Assembly: GCF_006345805.1 (NCBI RefSeq)
Contig: NW_021830468.1
Location: 1-64,000, forward strand
Direction: 5' to 3'
Origin: Octopus sinensis
Taxonomy: Eukaryota
Length of the DNA: 64,000 nucleotides
A model generated the notes under the pieces. It had not been told where the DNA came from. It made no database searches and saw nothing but the letters and a program-made list of their open reading frames with translations. Made by a program: the position numbers and the translations under genes. Positions 52,695 through 64,000 of this stretch are shown piece by piece; positions within the stretch are counted from its first letter, which is position 1; each line of letters starts with the position of its first letter.

Positions 52695-53150
52695 AACAAG
52701 CGCCTCATGCAGTACTTTACTGAATACGCGTGCAGTTCCAAGTAATGCCAATTTTTGAAATACCCCTAGAATGTAGGGTAATTCTAAAGTTTCCAGATGT
52801 TTCTTCAGGTTGGGTGGTATTGAACCCAATGCTCTGAAGACAATAGTGACAAACTTTACGTCTGACACTCAAGTCTCCATATTTACCAACCTTCTCTCTC
52901 TCTTTCATGATATGTTGATCTCCTCGCAGTGCCACATCGATTACAAGGCACACTTGTTTGTCCCTCCTAAAAGTTTATATAGCTGGCTTTCAGCGCTCCA
53001 ACACCTTGTCTATCTGGAAGTCAAAATCCCAGGGAATTTTTGCCTCAAACTTTTCGTCCATTACATTTTCAGGTTATGTGGTATTAAACCCAATGCCCGA
53101 TGACAACGGGGACAACATTTATATTTTACTCTCGTAGCTGCCACATTTTG
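52695..53150 (-). mobile_element. R4/Dong-like LINE fragment
   Basis: IVFRALGSIPPNLKKHLETLELPYILGVFQKLALLGTARVFSKVL. Confidence 0.85.
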
Positions 53151-53155
53151 GCGTA

Positions 53156-53220
<65 letters not shown>

Positions 53221-53224
<4 letters not shown>

Positions 53225-54105
53225 TAGTTTTATTTTTATAGCGTGCTTTCACTTCACTACCGAGCGCAGCTCTGTGTGCCTTGGGTATGTGCTGTGATTT
53301 GTTGTGATGCTCTGATGGTTATTGTATGGAAATTGTTCTGCGTGGGATGTGTGCAGTGCCTAGTAGTGCAATTCTCTGTATGTTATATGTGTTGGTAAGT
53401 CCTGGTGTTTTTGTTACGTATTTGTCTGAATATTTTTTTATCATGCCTAATGCACCTACTATGATAGGAATTGTTTCTGTTTTCAGATTCCACATTCTAG
53501 TTACCTCTATTTCCAGGTCTATGTATTTTGAGAGTTTCTCCATTTCTTTTAGAGACACGTTGTAATTTGCCGGTATTGATACATCAATTAGAAAGCATTT
53601 TTTTTCTTCATGATCTCTGACACTATATCTGGTCTGTTGGCCTTAATTTCTCTATCTGTGTGTATCGGCATATCGCAGAGTATGGTTGCTTTCTCGTTTT
53701 CTGTGACCTTTTCTGTGTGTGCCTATACCATCCTTTTTCTGTTGTTATTCCATAATGTTGGCATAGCTTCCAATGTATGTAGGTTCCAACTCTGTCATGT
53801 CCTGTGAATAATATTCTTTCTTAGCCAGGACTGGGCAGCTAGAGATAATATGATTTTATGTTTTCTTGTCCATCTCCACATATTCTGCAGTTACTTGTAA
53901 ATTTCTTTTCATTACATTTTTTTGTAATATCTGGTGGGGAGGCTTTGGTCTTGTGCTGCAATTAAAAATCCCTCGTCTCTGCTTTGATCCGAGCTTCTCA
54001 AAGATTGCTGGGATTTTTCTTTGTCTATTTCTTTTGCGTTAGTTTAGTCCAGTATTTACCATGAAGGGGCTTTTCTTGCCATCGTTTTATCATGGTTCGT
54101 TGCTT
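53221..54105 (-). mobile_element. R4/Dong-like LINE 3' portion in (TAA)n
   Basis: KEMEKLSKYIDLEIEVTRMWNLKTETIPIIVGALG...IALLGTAHI. Nearly identical to 62251-63130. Confidence 0.9.
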
Positions 54106-54124
54106 ATTATTATTATTATTATTA

Positions 54125-54160
<36 letters not shown>

Positions 54161-54163
54161 GCA

Positions 54164-54207
<44 letters not shown>

Positions 54208-54240
54208 TATTATGATTATTGTATTATTATTATTATTATT

Positions 54241-54278
<38 letters not shown>

Positions 54279-54542
54279 GTATTATTATTATTATTATTGT
54301 ATCATTATTATTATTATTATTGTATTATTATTATTATTATTATTATTGTATTATTATTATTATATATTGTATCATTATTATTATTATTATTGTATTATTA
54401 TTATTATTATTGTATCATTATTATTATTATTATTGTATTATTATTATTATTATTACTATTATTATTATTATTATCGTATTATTTATTTATTTTGATAATA
54501 TATTATTATTATTGTGTGTATTATTATTATTATTATTATTAT
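54105..54542. repeat. Long interrupted (ATT)n array
   Basis: Directly visible. Confidence 0.95.
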
Positions 54543-55097
54543 TGAGTGAGAGAGCAGTTCATGGCATCAAAGTGACACTGGGGTACAATATACGAAGCCC
54601 AATATACCCATCATGACTACTACCCGTCTGATAAGGGTACACCAGGCACATGCATCACAACCATATGTGCGCGACATGGTGATCTCATATCAAGATAAAA
54701 CGCGCATGACCTTGCAGTGGGGCCCAGTTAGACTTTCTTCAGGTTGAGTAGCCCATCCCGCCTCAAAGGTCCCTGAATAAGGGTTGTTTAGGATGTTGAA
54801 AGAACCACCCATGTTTCCAGAGGTGAACTATTCAAACCCCAAAGAATCCTTCTCCACACATGGCTATGATGCTCCCCCACTACTTCTGCTCGAGATCAGA
54901 TATGCACATATTGTCAGTCACTAAGGGACATGCTGAACTGGTTAAGGTCAAACAACTGACATGCAAATCTGTGGTATTGAGCAGAATATTTGCTGTAACC
55001 CATCTTTTATACCAAGACAAAACAATGTACATGATAACACTTGCAATCAGTTAAGATCAGAAATCATGAGAGCCACTGCCTGGTACTGCATCAGGGC
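54543..55097 (-). mobile_element. Full ~550-bp (TAA)n-tailed retroposon
   Basis: In sense it runs gccctgatgcagtaccagg...gcatgaactgctctctcactc(aat)n, with (TAA)n on both sides. Confidence 0.8.
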
Positions 55098-55116
55098 AAT
55101 TATTATTATTATTATT

Positions 55117-55157
<41 letters not shown>

Positions 55158-55321
55158 TTATTACTATTATTATTATTATTGCTATTATTATTATTGTATT
55201 ATAATTATTATTATTATTATTATTATTATTTATTATTTTTATTATCATTATTATTATCATTATTATTATATTATTATTATTATTATTATATTATTATTAT
55301 TATTATTATTGTTATTATTAT

Positions 55322-55985
55322 TGTCTTCGCACAGCTTCTAACGCTGGAGGCGTGCTACAGTGTCAGCTGTTCACTACCAGGAACTAAGGTAACACCTCTT
55401 ATTTTTCGAGCACCTTCTGGAGTATTCGAGCGGTTCCAAGCAGTGCTGTTTTCTGCAAGTGCACCACCTTATTGCAGCCTCTATTTGTTCCACGTACCTC
55501 TTGAGATTTTTGTTCACTCTTCCCACGACTCCGACAATTATTGGTACTACTGCTGCCTGTTTCATCGACCACAACTGCTTAACTTCCCAAGCTAACCTGC
55601 CATATCTATCGACTTTTCTTTCTTCCCTGTCGCATAACTTGTCAGCTGGGCATGCTATATCTATGATTCAGCATAGTTTGTTCTCTTCCTCAATTAAGAC
55701 TGTGTCTAGTTTCCCATTCTCTATCTCATTGTCGCACTTAATCATAAAATCCCATAGGCTCTTCGCATTTCTATTTTCAACGATGCCTTCAGGTTTGTGG
55801 TCGGACCAATTTTTTGCTCTGTCAAGTCCATACTTTTTGCAGAGTATCCAATGGACAAGCCTTGCTATATTGTCGTGGCGTTTCTTATATTCTTTCTGGG
55901 TTGGTGGCGTACATTGGCTGGTAATATGCCATACGGTTTCACCATTTTGTCCACAGATTCTGCACTTACCATTTTCTGATGCGTT
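55322..55985 (-). mobile_element. R4/Dong-like LINE 3' fragment (second subfamily)
   Basis: Minus strand includes the ARRHDN/LVEN/LWDF region and WSMKQAAVVPIIVGVVG. Confidence 0.8.
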
Positions 55986-56540
55986 GATTGTTATTGTTGT
56001 TGTTGTTCTTATTTAAGGCGGCGAGCTGGTAGAATCGTTAGCACGCGAAATGCTTAGCAGTACGTTCTGAATTTGCCTTTCATCATTTCAGAGTCGATAA
56101 ATTAAGTAATGTTGAGTTCTGTAGTCGATGTGATAAAAGTTCCCCTGCACAAAACCCAGGCCTTGGGAAGCTGGCAGCGTTCTGACAAAATCTCTGCTTT
56201 CTCGTTGAAGCCAGTTTAGTTTTATCTTCAGTGTGGCGTAAGTGAAACCTCATGGATGCCATTCGCAGAAAATGGAACAATTTTTAGGCAAACATATAGG
56301 TATGTGTGTGGTGGGGTGAGAGAGAGAGAGAAAAAGAAAGAATAGACTAAGCAGAACAGGGGGAAACACGAGGATGGAAGTGTTGCTGAAGAGGTCACAT
56401 GTGTGGCGAAAGATTTCTAGACAAGGGACATAAAATAATATAAGAACAATAAAATGACCATCCCGAAATATAACAATATATGTTTCAACACACGATTTCA
56501 CATCAGGATATATATTATATATATATATATATATATATCT

Positions 56541-56575
<35 letters not shown>

Positions 56576-56664
56576 TATTAGATAGATAGATAGAACAGAT
56601 ATATATATATATATAGATAGATAGATAGATGATAGATACATACATACATATATATATATATATC

Positions 56665-56696
<32 letters not shown>

Positions 56697-56730
56697 TAGA
56701 TAGATAGATAGACAGATAGATAGATGATAG

Positions 56731-56773
<43 letters not shown>

Positions 56774-56838
56774 TATATACATAATATATAATATATACTT
56801 ATATATTACTTACATACATGCATACATACACACACACA

Positions 56839-56872
<34 letters not shown>

Positions 56873-56874
56873 CG

Positions 56875-58078
56875 CGGGACACCTTCGTGACCTCCACCTT
56901 GCGAACGACACACCGCGTCTCACGCGCCATTTCGCCACCGCACCTGTCACTCCTTCCGCAACAGCTTCTCTGTCTTGTGTTCGGTTTGTCCTTACACAGA
57001 GGCCATCCGGATTCCCTTTGCGCCGTGAACAGGAATTAATCTTCTCTTTCGCTCTTATACACTCACGCATTTGGTCTCAACTCACCCCCCCCCCCCCCCC
57101 CCCCCCCCTCCTCATATAACCCCCTCTCCCCCCTCCTCACCCTATCCTTTCCCCCCGACCCCTACTTCTTCAGTCCTTCATCCTTTCAACCCCTACTCCC
57201 CTTCCCTTCTTCCCTCTTTCTCTCCCCCCTCTTCCCCTTCCCTCTGCTCCCTCACTCCCTCTCTCCCCTTCTCTCTCCCCCCTCCCTCTTTCCTCCTTCA
57301 TCCCCTCCTCCTCCCCCCTCCTCTCCTCTTCCCCCCTCTCCTCCCTCTTCTCCCCCTCCCCTTCCCCTTCTCCCCCTCTTCTCCCCCTCCCCCCTCTTCT
57401 CCTCCCTACCCACATGACTTTACACATCACATCACATATGATGTGCCATACTAATACACACACACCAACTAATACATACTAATACGTACTAATACATACT
57501 AGTACATACTAATACATACACCAACCCTATACATCACACGTCCAGACCCCGCATACGCACTTATACTCTCTCATACACACCACACACACTTATACATACC
57601 AATACGTACTAATACATACTAATACATACTAATACATACACAACCCAAACATACGCACGTCCAGACCAATCCTACGCACTAATACTCTCTCATACACACA
57701 CACACCCTTATACATACTAATACATCCACACCCCTATACATACACACATCCAGACCCCTCCTCCTACGCACTATTAGCTGGTCCCTCAACCCTTTATCAA
57801 CCCTATTATCTACCCTTATTTCGCTCTCGCGTCTCATGTTTGATCTTTGGATCTCTGGCCGAAATCAGATCGCCATGTTGATTCGTTAGCTACTGCACGC
57901 ATTTTTTTCTCTCCTTCTTTCTGTGTTTTCTCTCTCTGTGTATCTTTCTGTTGAAGAGCGTAGGCTCGAAACGTTAAAGACTTGTTTTATTTATATTTCC
58001 TGAGCGCCATACTAATACAATTGTTCGTTTGTTTTCCACCTGCCTTCGTCTTTTGTTTATTTTCATAAAGCTTCCCGT

Positions 58079-58080
<2 letters not shown>
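56875..58080 (+). mobile_element. PLE 3' end: endonuclease C-terminus, C-rich and minisatellite UTR, HHR, then (TA)n
   Basis: GHLRDLHLANDTPRLTRHF...LRREQELIFSF matches EHLRD...V+RHF...R.R.EQ.LIF.LG. HHR motif at 57943-57980. Confidence 0.65.
57943..57980 (+). ncRNA. Minimal type I hammerhead-like motif with A6-to-U core change
   Basis: tcttt-CTGTTGA-a-gagc(gtag)gctc-GAAA-cgt-t-aaaga; all three stems pair. Confidence 0.5.
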
Positions 58081-58113
<33 letters not shown>

Positions 58114-58875
58114 TTAAAATTAAATAAGAGTAGAAATTTATATTAATCAATTACAACCAGTGGCCTAGCATATATTAAAACGTTCGAAGATTAAAAAAAA
58201 TTTTTACATACAAAATTTAGGGGACTGATCTCTAAAAGTGGACAGTGCTTATGCTAGATATAGACGTCAAAATCGCCATTTTCCACGAAGAATGTGTTCT
58301 CAAGAAACAAACTCAGCAAAAAACCAAAATGTAAAAAAATAAGCAAGACAAATGAAAATATACGAAATAAAAAAACCATTTATATACATATGTATATATA
58401 TATATGATATGCTTCAGTGTAGCTTCCGCCTACCAAATTCACTCGTAGGGTATAAGTCGGCCCTGGGCTATAATCGGACACACTCGATATACATAAAGCA
58501 TAAAAAATGGAAGAGAAATGCATCTTGCACATGGTTTCATTTTTCCCCTACTGGAATCCTCACATTACTCAACCCATTACCCACCATCCCACCTCTACAT
58601 CAATTGCTGGGAAATGCATTTATGCCGCTACTTCAAAATATAAATATTCACTTCTAATATCCCAAATTTCAACATATGTATAACAAGCAATTAATATATC
58701 CGCCATACATCAAACAACAACGACAACAACAACAAAAGCAAGGAAACAACAAATTTAATTTTAAAATTACCCTATCATCATACAAGACTCCCGGTTTTGC
58801 TAACGGTAAGCAAATAAAAGTAAATTTGAAAAAAGTGTTCCTTGAGGGTGGATAGTTCAAACTCTTTGTTTTTGC

Positions 58876-58906
<31 letters not shown>

Positions 58907-59209
58907 ATTATTATTATTATTATTATTATGATTACTTTATAAATTTTTTTGTGTGTGTTTGCGTGGGTAGATTGCTTGTGTAAATTTTATTTCTGTTTTC
59001 CCTGTTGTCTTTCTTTTTCAACATCTAACGCCTGAAATTTAGATGTCAAAGCAAATTAACTCGTGTAAAAATGTTATTTGAAGAATGTCGACTGTGTAAA
59101 TTTTTGATTTTTAATACGCGTATGATGAAGAATTTGGAGTAAAGCGTAAATTAAGAGTAAATTATGAATATATATCATTAAAATACGATAACAATTTTGA
59201 CGGTATAAA

Positions 59210-59346
59210 CACCCATATGATACGCATATACACACGCTTACATGCATACACACACACACACATACAAACACACAAACGCAGAATCGTATAAATATGAAGA
59301 TATATATATATGTATATATATAATACACACATATAGGTACACACAT

Positions 59347-59377
<31 letters not shown>

Positions 59378-59521
59378 CATACATTATATATATATATATA
59401 TATGATATGTATATGCATATGTTTATATGTATGCATAGATCCACAAACATATGTACATATCTACGAATATATGCATATCGAATATATACATATGTATATA
59501 TATGTGCATACATAGATGTAT

Positions 59522-59553
<32 letters not shown>

Positions 59554-59625
59554 TTGTATATATGTAAGTATATATACACACAGGCGCACAAATATTTACG
59601 TATATAAAAGCATATATATATTTAA

Positions 59626-59657
<32 letters not shown>

Positions 59658-59738
59658 GTATATATATATGTATATATGTATATATAAACACAAACATATG
59701 CACACACACATATATATGCACAAATATATATGTGTGTG

Positions 59739-59769
<31 letters not shown>

Positions 59770-59810
59770 CTCACTACCACACTTACACAGACATAGACTA
59801 ATACGAACAC
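59210..59810. repeat. (TA)n/(CA)n low-complexity tract
   Basis: Directly visible. Confidence 0.9.
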
Positions 59811-60232
59811 ACGCACTCACACCAACGCCTTCCTCGATCTCGTTCCCCTTCTCCGCCATAATTGCTATCAATTTATCAAAATAACTCATGTTTTAATTGT
59901 GTCTTACGAACTCATTTTTCGTTGATTATAAATTTGGGGGGCAAAAATTTCGCTAAGCGAATGCTTATCGCATTTGAAGCCGTCTCCGACGTCGCCGCTG
60001 ACGTCACCCTCAACCCTCACCACTATCACCGACCCAACTACAGCACTAATGCCTCCCTCTTATTCCCACTTACTTCCACTACTCCTCTTCATTTACTTTG
60101 CTTAGATTTTAAGATCGCCGTTCCTTAATTGTAACAAGGCTCATTAGTTAAGTTGACATATAATTTGTTCTGTTCTCTCATGTCCTGTTATGTTACATCG
60201 TGTTGTTGTTCTTAGTATTATTCAAGAGACCT

Positions 60233-60292
<60 letters not shown>

Positions 60293-60446
60293 TATTATTA
60301 TTAGTGTTGTTGTGTGTTGTTGTTCATGCTGTTGTCGTTGTTGACTCTTTTGATTTTAATGTGCATTTCGTTGTAGTTGCAGATTTGCATGTTTTGTTTT
60401 TTTACTGTTTTATCTGCTGTACCATTATTATTATTATTATTATTAT

Positions 60447-60483
<37 letters not shown>

Positions 60484-60497
60484 TGTTGTAGTAGTAA

Positions 60498-60529
<32 letters not shown>

Positions 60530-60889
60530 ATAGTAGTAGTTGTAGCATTAGTGGTATCATCATTACTATTATTATTTTTTGCTTCGTAGACTGTTGTTGT
60601 TGTTTTTGCTGCCACTGTTTATAATAAATTATTTGTTTATAATTATAATATCTTTTTATAATATCTTTTTATTTTTTTACTACTTATATATGTATTTTTT
60701 GTGAGTACTTTCAATTTTACGCTTTCCTTATATCATGTTACAGTTTGCAACATTTTCTGATACGAGTCGATATAATGGTTTATATTGAAGGTATCCTTTC
60801 GTTATGTATTGATAGCTTATATTATTCCCGCTTTAATTTTTTGGATGTGGGGTCATTCTTTTCATTTTCTTAAATGCAAAATGTTCTTT

Positions 60890-61463
60890 TCTACTCTAGG
60901 CACAAGGCCCGAAATTTTAAGGGAATGGGGCCAGTAGATTAGGCTGGTACTTAATTTATCAACCCCCAAAGGATGAAAGGCAGTCGACCTCGGCGAAATT
61001 TGAACTCGGAACGTAAAAAACAGACGAAATACCTATTTCTTTACTACACACAAGAGGCTAAACACAGAGGAGACAAGCAAGGACAGACAAACTGATTAAG
61101 TCGATTACATAGACCCCAGTGCGTAACTGGTACTTAATTTATCAACCCCGAAAGGATGAAAGGCAAGGTCGACCTCGGCGGAATTTGAACTTAGAAAGTA
61201 AAGACAGACGAAATATCGCTCAGCATTTCGCCCGGCGAGCTAACGCTTCTATCATCTTGCCGCCTTAAATATTGTTTTCTACTCTAGGCACAAGGCCTGA
61301 AAATAGATCCACCCCAGCACGGAACTGGTACTTAATTTATCGACCCCGAAAGGATGAAAGGTAAAGTCTACCTAGGCGGAATTTTAACTCAGAATGTAGC
61401 GACGGGCGAAATACCATTAAGCATTTCGTTCAGAGTGGTAACGATTCTCCCAGTTCGTCGCCT
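60890..61463 (-). mobile_element. Composite of three Meta-like SINE units, same order as 20165-20790
   Basis: Same aaatacctatttcttt and gccttaaatatt junctions. Confidence 0.85.
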
Positions 61464-61559
61464 TATTTGTAATTATTAATATTATCACCAACATTAATTA
61501 GCACGCTAGTACATGCTAATTTAGTTAGCAGATATTTACCTTGAGGTTTCTTGACAAGT

Positions 61560-62200
61560 TTTCTCAACTCTCAAGAAACTTTTCGGCAGGTTGACAATGC
61601 GAGTATCAATTGCAATCTCTATCAATCTTTTGGGCAACATTTTGAGTGCTGTTCCAGTTGCACCAAATCCCTACAGGAATAATTCTTGTCTCACTCTTCC
61701 GCAATCTCCTCAGTTCTCCGGCTAGACACTGATATTTCTCAATTTTTTTCCAGATCTTAGGTATTGACTCTCTTATTACACGAAACTGCAAAGTCTATGA
61801 TCTACAGTCATATCTGCACTTGTATTTTTTTTGCGCTGGTATACTGCTCCCGTTCAAAATGTGATTGATACTCTCATCTACTTTCCCGTAGATTCTTCAT
61901 TTGCCGTCTGACTGAGTTTTCTCGATAATCGTCTTGATCAGATTTCTTCAGCATTTTCAGATTGTCGTATGCATTTGTTGTTATTCCAATACATTCCATT
62001 TGTTCATTCTCTAGTTGTTTCTTTTGTTTTTCAATTCACCTTATTATTATTATTATCATTATTATTGTCTTTGCACAGCTTCTAACGCTGGAGATATACT
62101 ACGGTGTCAGCTATTCACTACCAGTGAACTAAGGTAATACCTCTTATTTTTCGAGAATCTTCCTATTCTCTATCCCATGGTCGCACTTAATTATAAAATT
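61560..62200 (-). mobile_element. Two small R4/Dong-like fragments (61560-61800 and 62068-62200)
   Basis: KIEKYQCLAGELRRLRKSETRIIPVG; the 3' UTR matches the 55322 family. Confidence 0.65.
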
Positions 62201-62250
62201 CTTCTTCGTCTTCTTCTTCTTCTTCTTACTATTATTATTATTATTATTAT

Positions 62251-64000
62251 TCAGTAGTTTTATTTTTATAGCGTGCTTTCACTTCACTACCGAGCGCAGC
62301 TCTGTGTGCCTTGGGTATGTGCTGTGATTTGTTGTGATGCTCTGATGGTTATTGTATGGAAAGTGTTCTGCGTAGGATGTGTGCAGTGCCTAGTAGTGCA
62401 ATTTTCTGTATGTTATATGTGTTTGTAAGTCCTGGTGTTTTTGTTATGTATTTTATCATGCCTAATGCACCTACTATGATAGGAATTGTTTCTGTTTTCA
62501 GATTCCACATTCTAGTTACCTCTATTTCCAGGTCTTTGTATTTTGAGAGTTTCTCCATTTCTTTTAGACACGTTGTCATCAGCCGGTATTGATACATCAA
62601 TTAGAAAGCATTTTTTTTCTTCATGATCTCTGACAGACTATATCTGGTCTGTTGGCCTTAATTTCTCTATCTGTGTGTATCGGCATATCCCAGAGTATGG
62701 TTGCTTTCTCGTTTTCTGTGACCTTTTCTGGTGTGTGCCTATACCATCTTTTTTCTGTTGTTATTCCATAATGTTGGCATAGCTTCCAATGTATGTAGGT
62801 TCCAACTCTGTCATGTCTGTGAATATATTCCTTTTTAGCCAGGACTGGGCAGCTAGAGATAATATGATTTATTGTTTCTTGTCCATCTCCACATATTCTG
62901 CAGTTACTTGTAATATTTCTTTTAATTACATGTTTTTGTAATTTCTGGTGGGGAGGCTTTGGTCTTGTGCTGCAATTAAAACCCCTGTCTCTGCTTTGAG
63001 TCCTGAGCTTCTCAACCATTGCTGGGATTTTTCTTTGTCTATTTCTTTTGCGTTTAGTTTAGTGTGCAGTATTTACCATGAATGGGCTTTTCTTGCCATC
63101 GTTTTATCATGGCTCGTTGCTGTTCTATTTTTAGTAGTTTGGATTTCATTTGTTTTATAGCTTTTGTTGTTTCTCTCATCTTCTTCTTCTTCTTTGTGTT
63201 TATTAGGTGGTATGATTTCTTGTTGTATTTGTCAGCTTCCTTAAATACTGAAAACAGTTTTTTGTTTTGCTCGTGTTTGCTGCTATCTATCTGGATCAGT
63301 TTTCCTTCCTTCTGAATAGGTATTTTTGCAGTCCTATGGTGGTTATTTTATAGTAGTTTTCCAGCTGTATAAGGCCTCTACCACCTTCTATACGTTGTAT
63401 ATATAGTTTTTCTATGTCAGATTTTGGGTGATGCATCCTAGATCCTGTCAGTATTTTTCTTGTTTTCCTATCTATTTTGGCATGTCATTTCGTGTCCAGT
63501 TAATGATATTGTAGTTGTAACTTATAACTGGGACAGCTAAACTGTTGATACCTATTATCTTGTTTTTAGCATTGAGCTCTGTGTTTAGTATTGATCTAAC
63601 TCGTCTATAATATTCTTTTTTTATTTTCTCTTTCATTTGTGTGTGTTGTGTCTTATCTAGTTCATGGATTCCTAAGTATTTGTAAGTTTGGCTTTGGTCT
63701 AATTCTTTTATTTCATTGGTTTTTTCTAGTGTGATGTTGTTACTCTTAACTAGTTTTCCTCTTTTCATGGTTACTTTGGCGCATTTTTCTAATCCAAATT
63801 TCATATCTATTCTTTGGTAAATCCATGAACTGTCTTTAATAGTGTTTCCAGCTGTTTGTCATTTGCAGCGTATAGTTTTAGGGTCATCCATATATAAAAG
63901 GTGGCTGATCGTTTTGCCGTAACATTTATATCCGCATCCAGTTCTATTAGCATATCAGATAGAGGTGACAGTGCCAAGCAGAAAAGGAGTGCAGAGAGCG
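62251..64000 (-). mobile_element. R4/Dong-clade LINE (RT C-terminus, CCHC, REL endonuclease), runs off the window
   Basis: ISHLLYMDD, MKFGLEKCAK, YKYLGI, SNCRICGDGQETINHIISSCPVLAKKEYIHRHD, LWDMPIHTDREIKANRPDIV, IIVGALG; (TAA)n tail. Confidence 0.93.

Overview
This is AT-rich, microsatellite-saturated eukaryotic DNA. The SINE families and repeat style suggest an octopus or other cephalopod genome, which is an inference and not a database result. I find no intact host protein-coding exon, rRNA, functional tRNA or CRISPR array, and almost all ORF-track entries are read-throughs of simple repeats. The window is built from transposable elements: tRNA-derived SINEs (three families), a full-length decayed Hsmar1-like mariner, Tc1/maT/Tigger remnants, two non-autonomous Helitrons, nine R4/Dong-like LINE fragments in (TAA)n tracts, RTE fragments, four Penelope-like element (PLE) coding remnants, an ORF1-only L1/Tx1-like element and a probable decayed LRR gene. 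The most notable signal is a dozen or so minimal type I hammerhead ribozyme (HHR) motifs from at least five unrelated short-element families. Three of these form 5'-to-5' foldback insertions. One is a tRNA-Arg-headed SINE fused to an HHR and bounded by a target-site duplication (34505-35078). One is a ~490-bp tandem unit with one HHR per unit, resembling a retrozyme (13672-14977). One is a palindrome carrying a U3:A8 core-variant HHR (11240-11693). All pairings were worked out by eye, and no cleavage activity or family identity has been tested.
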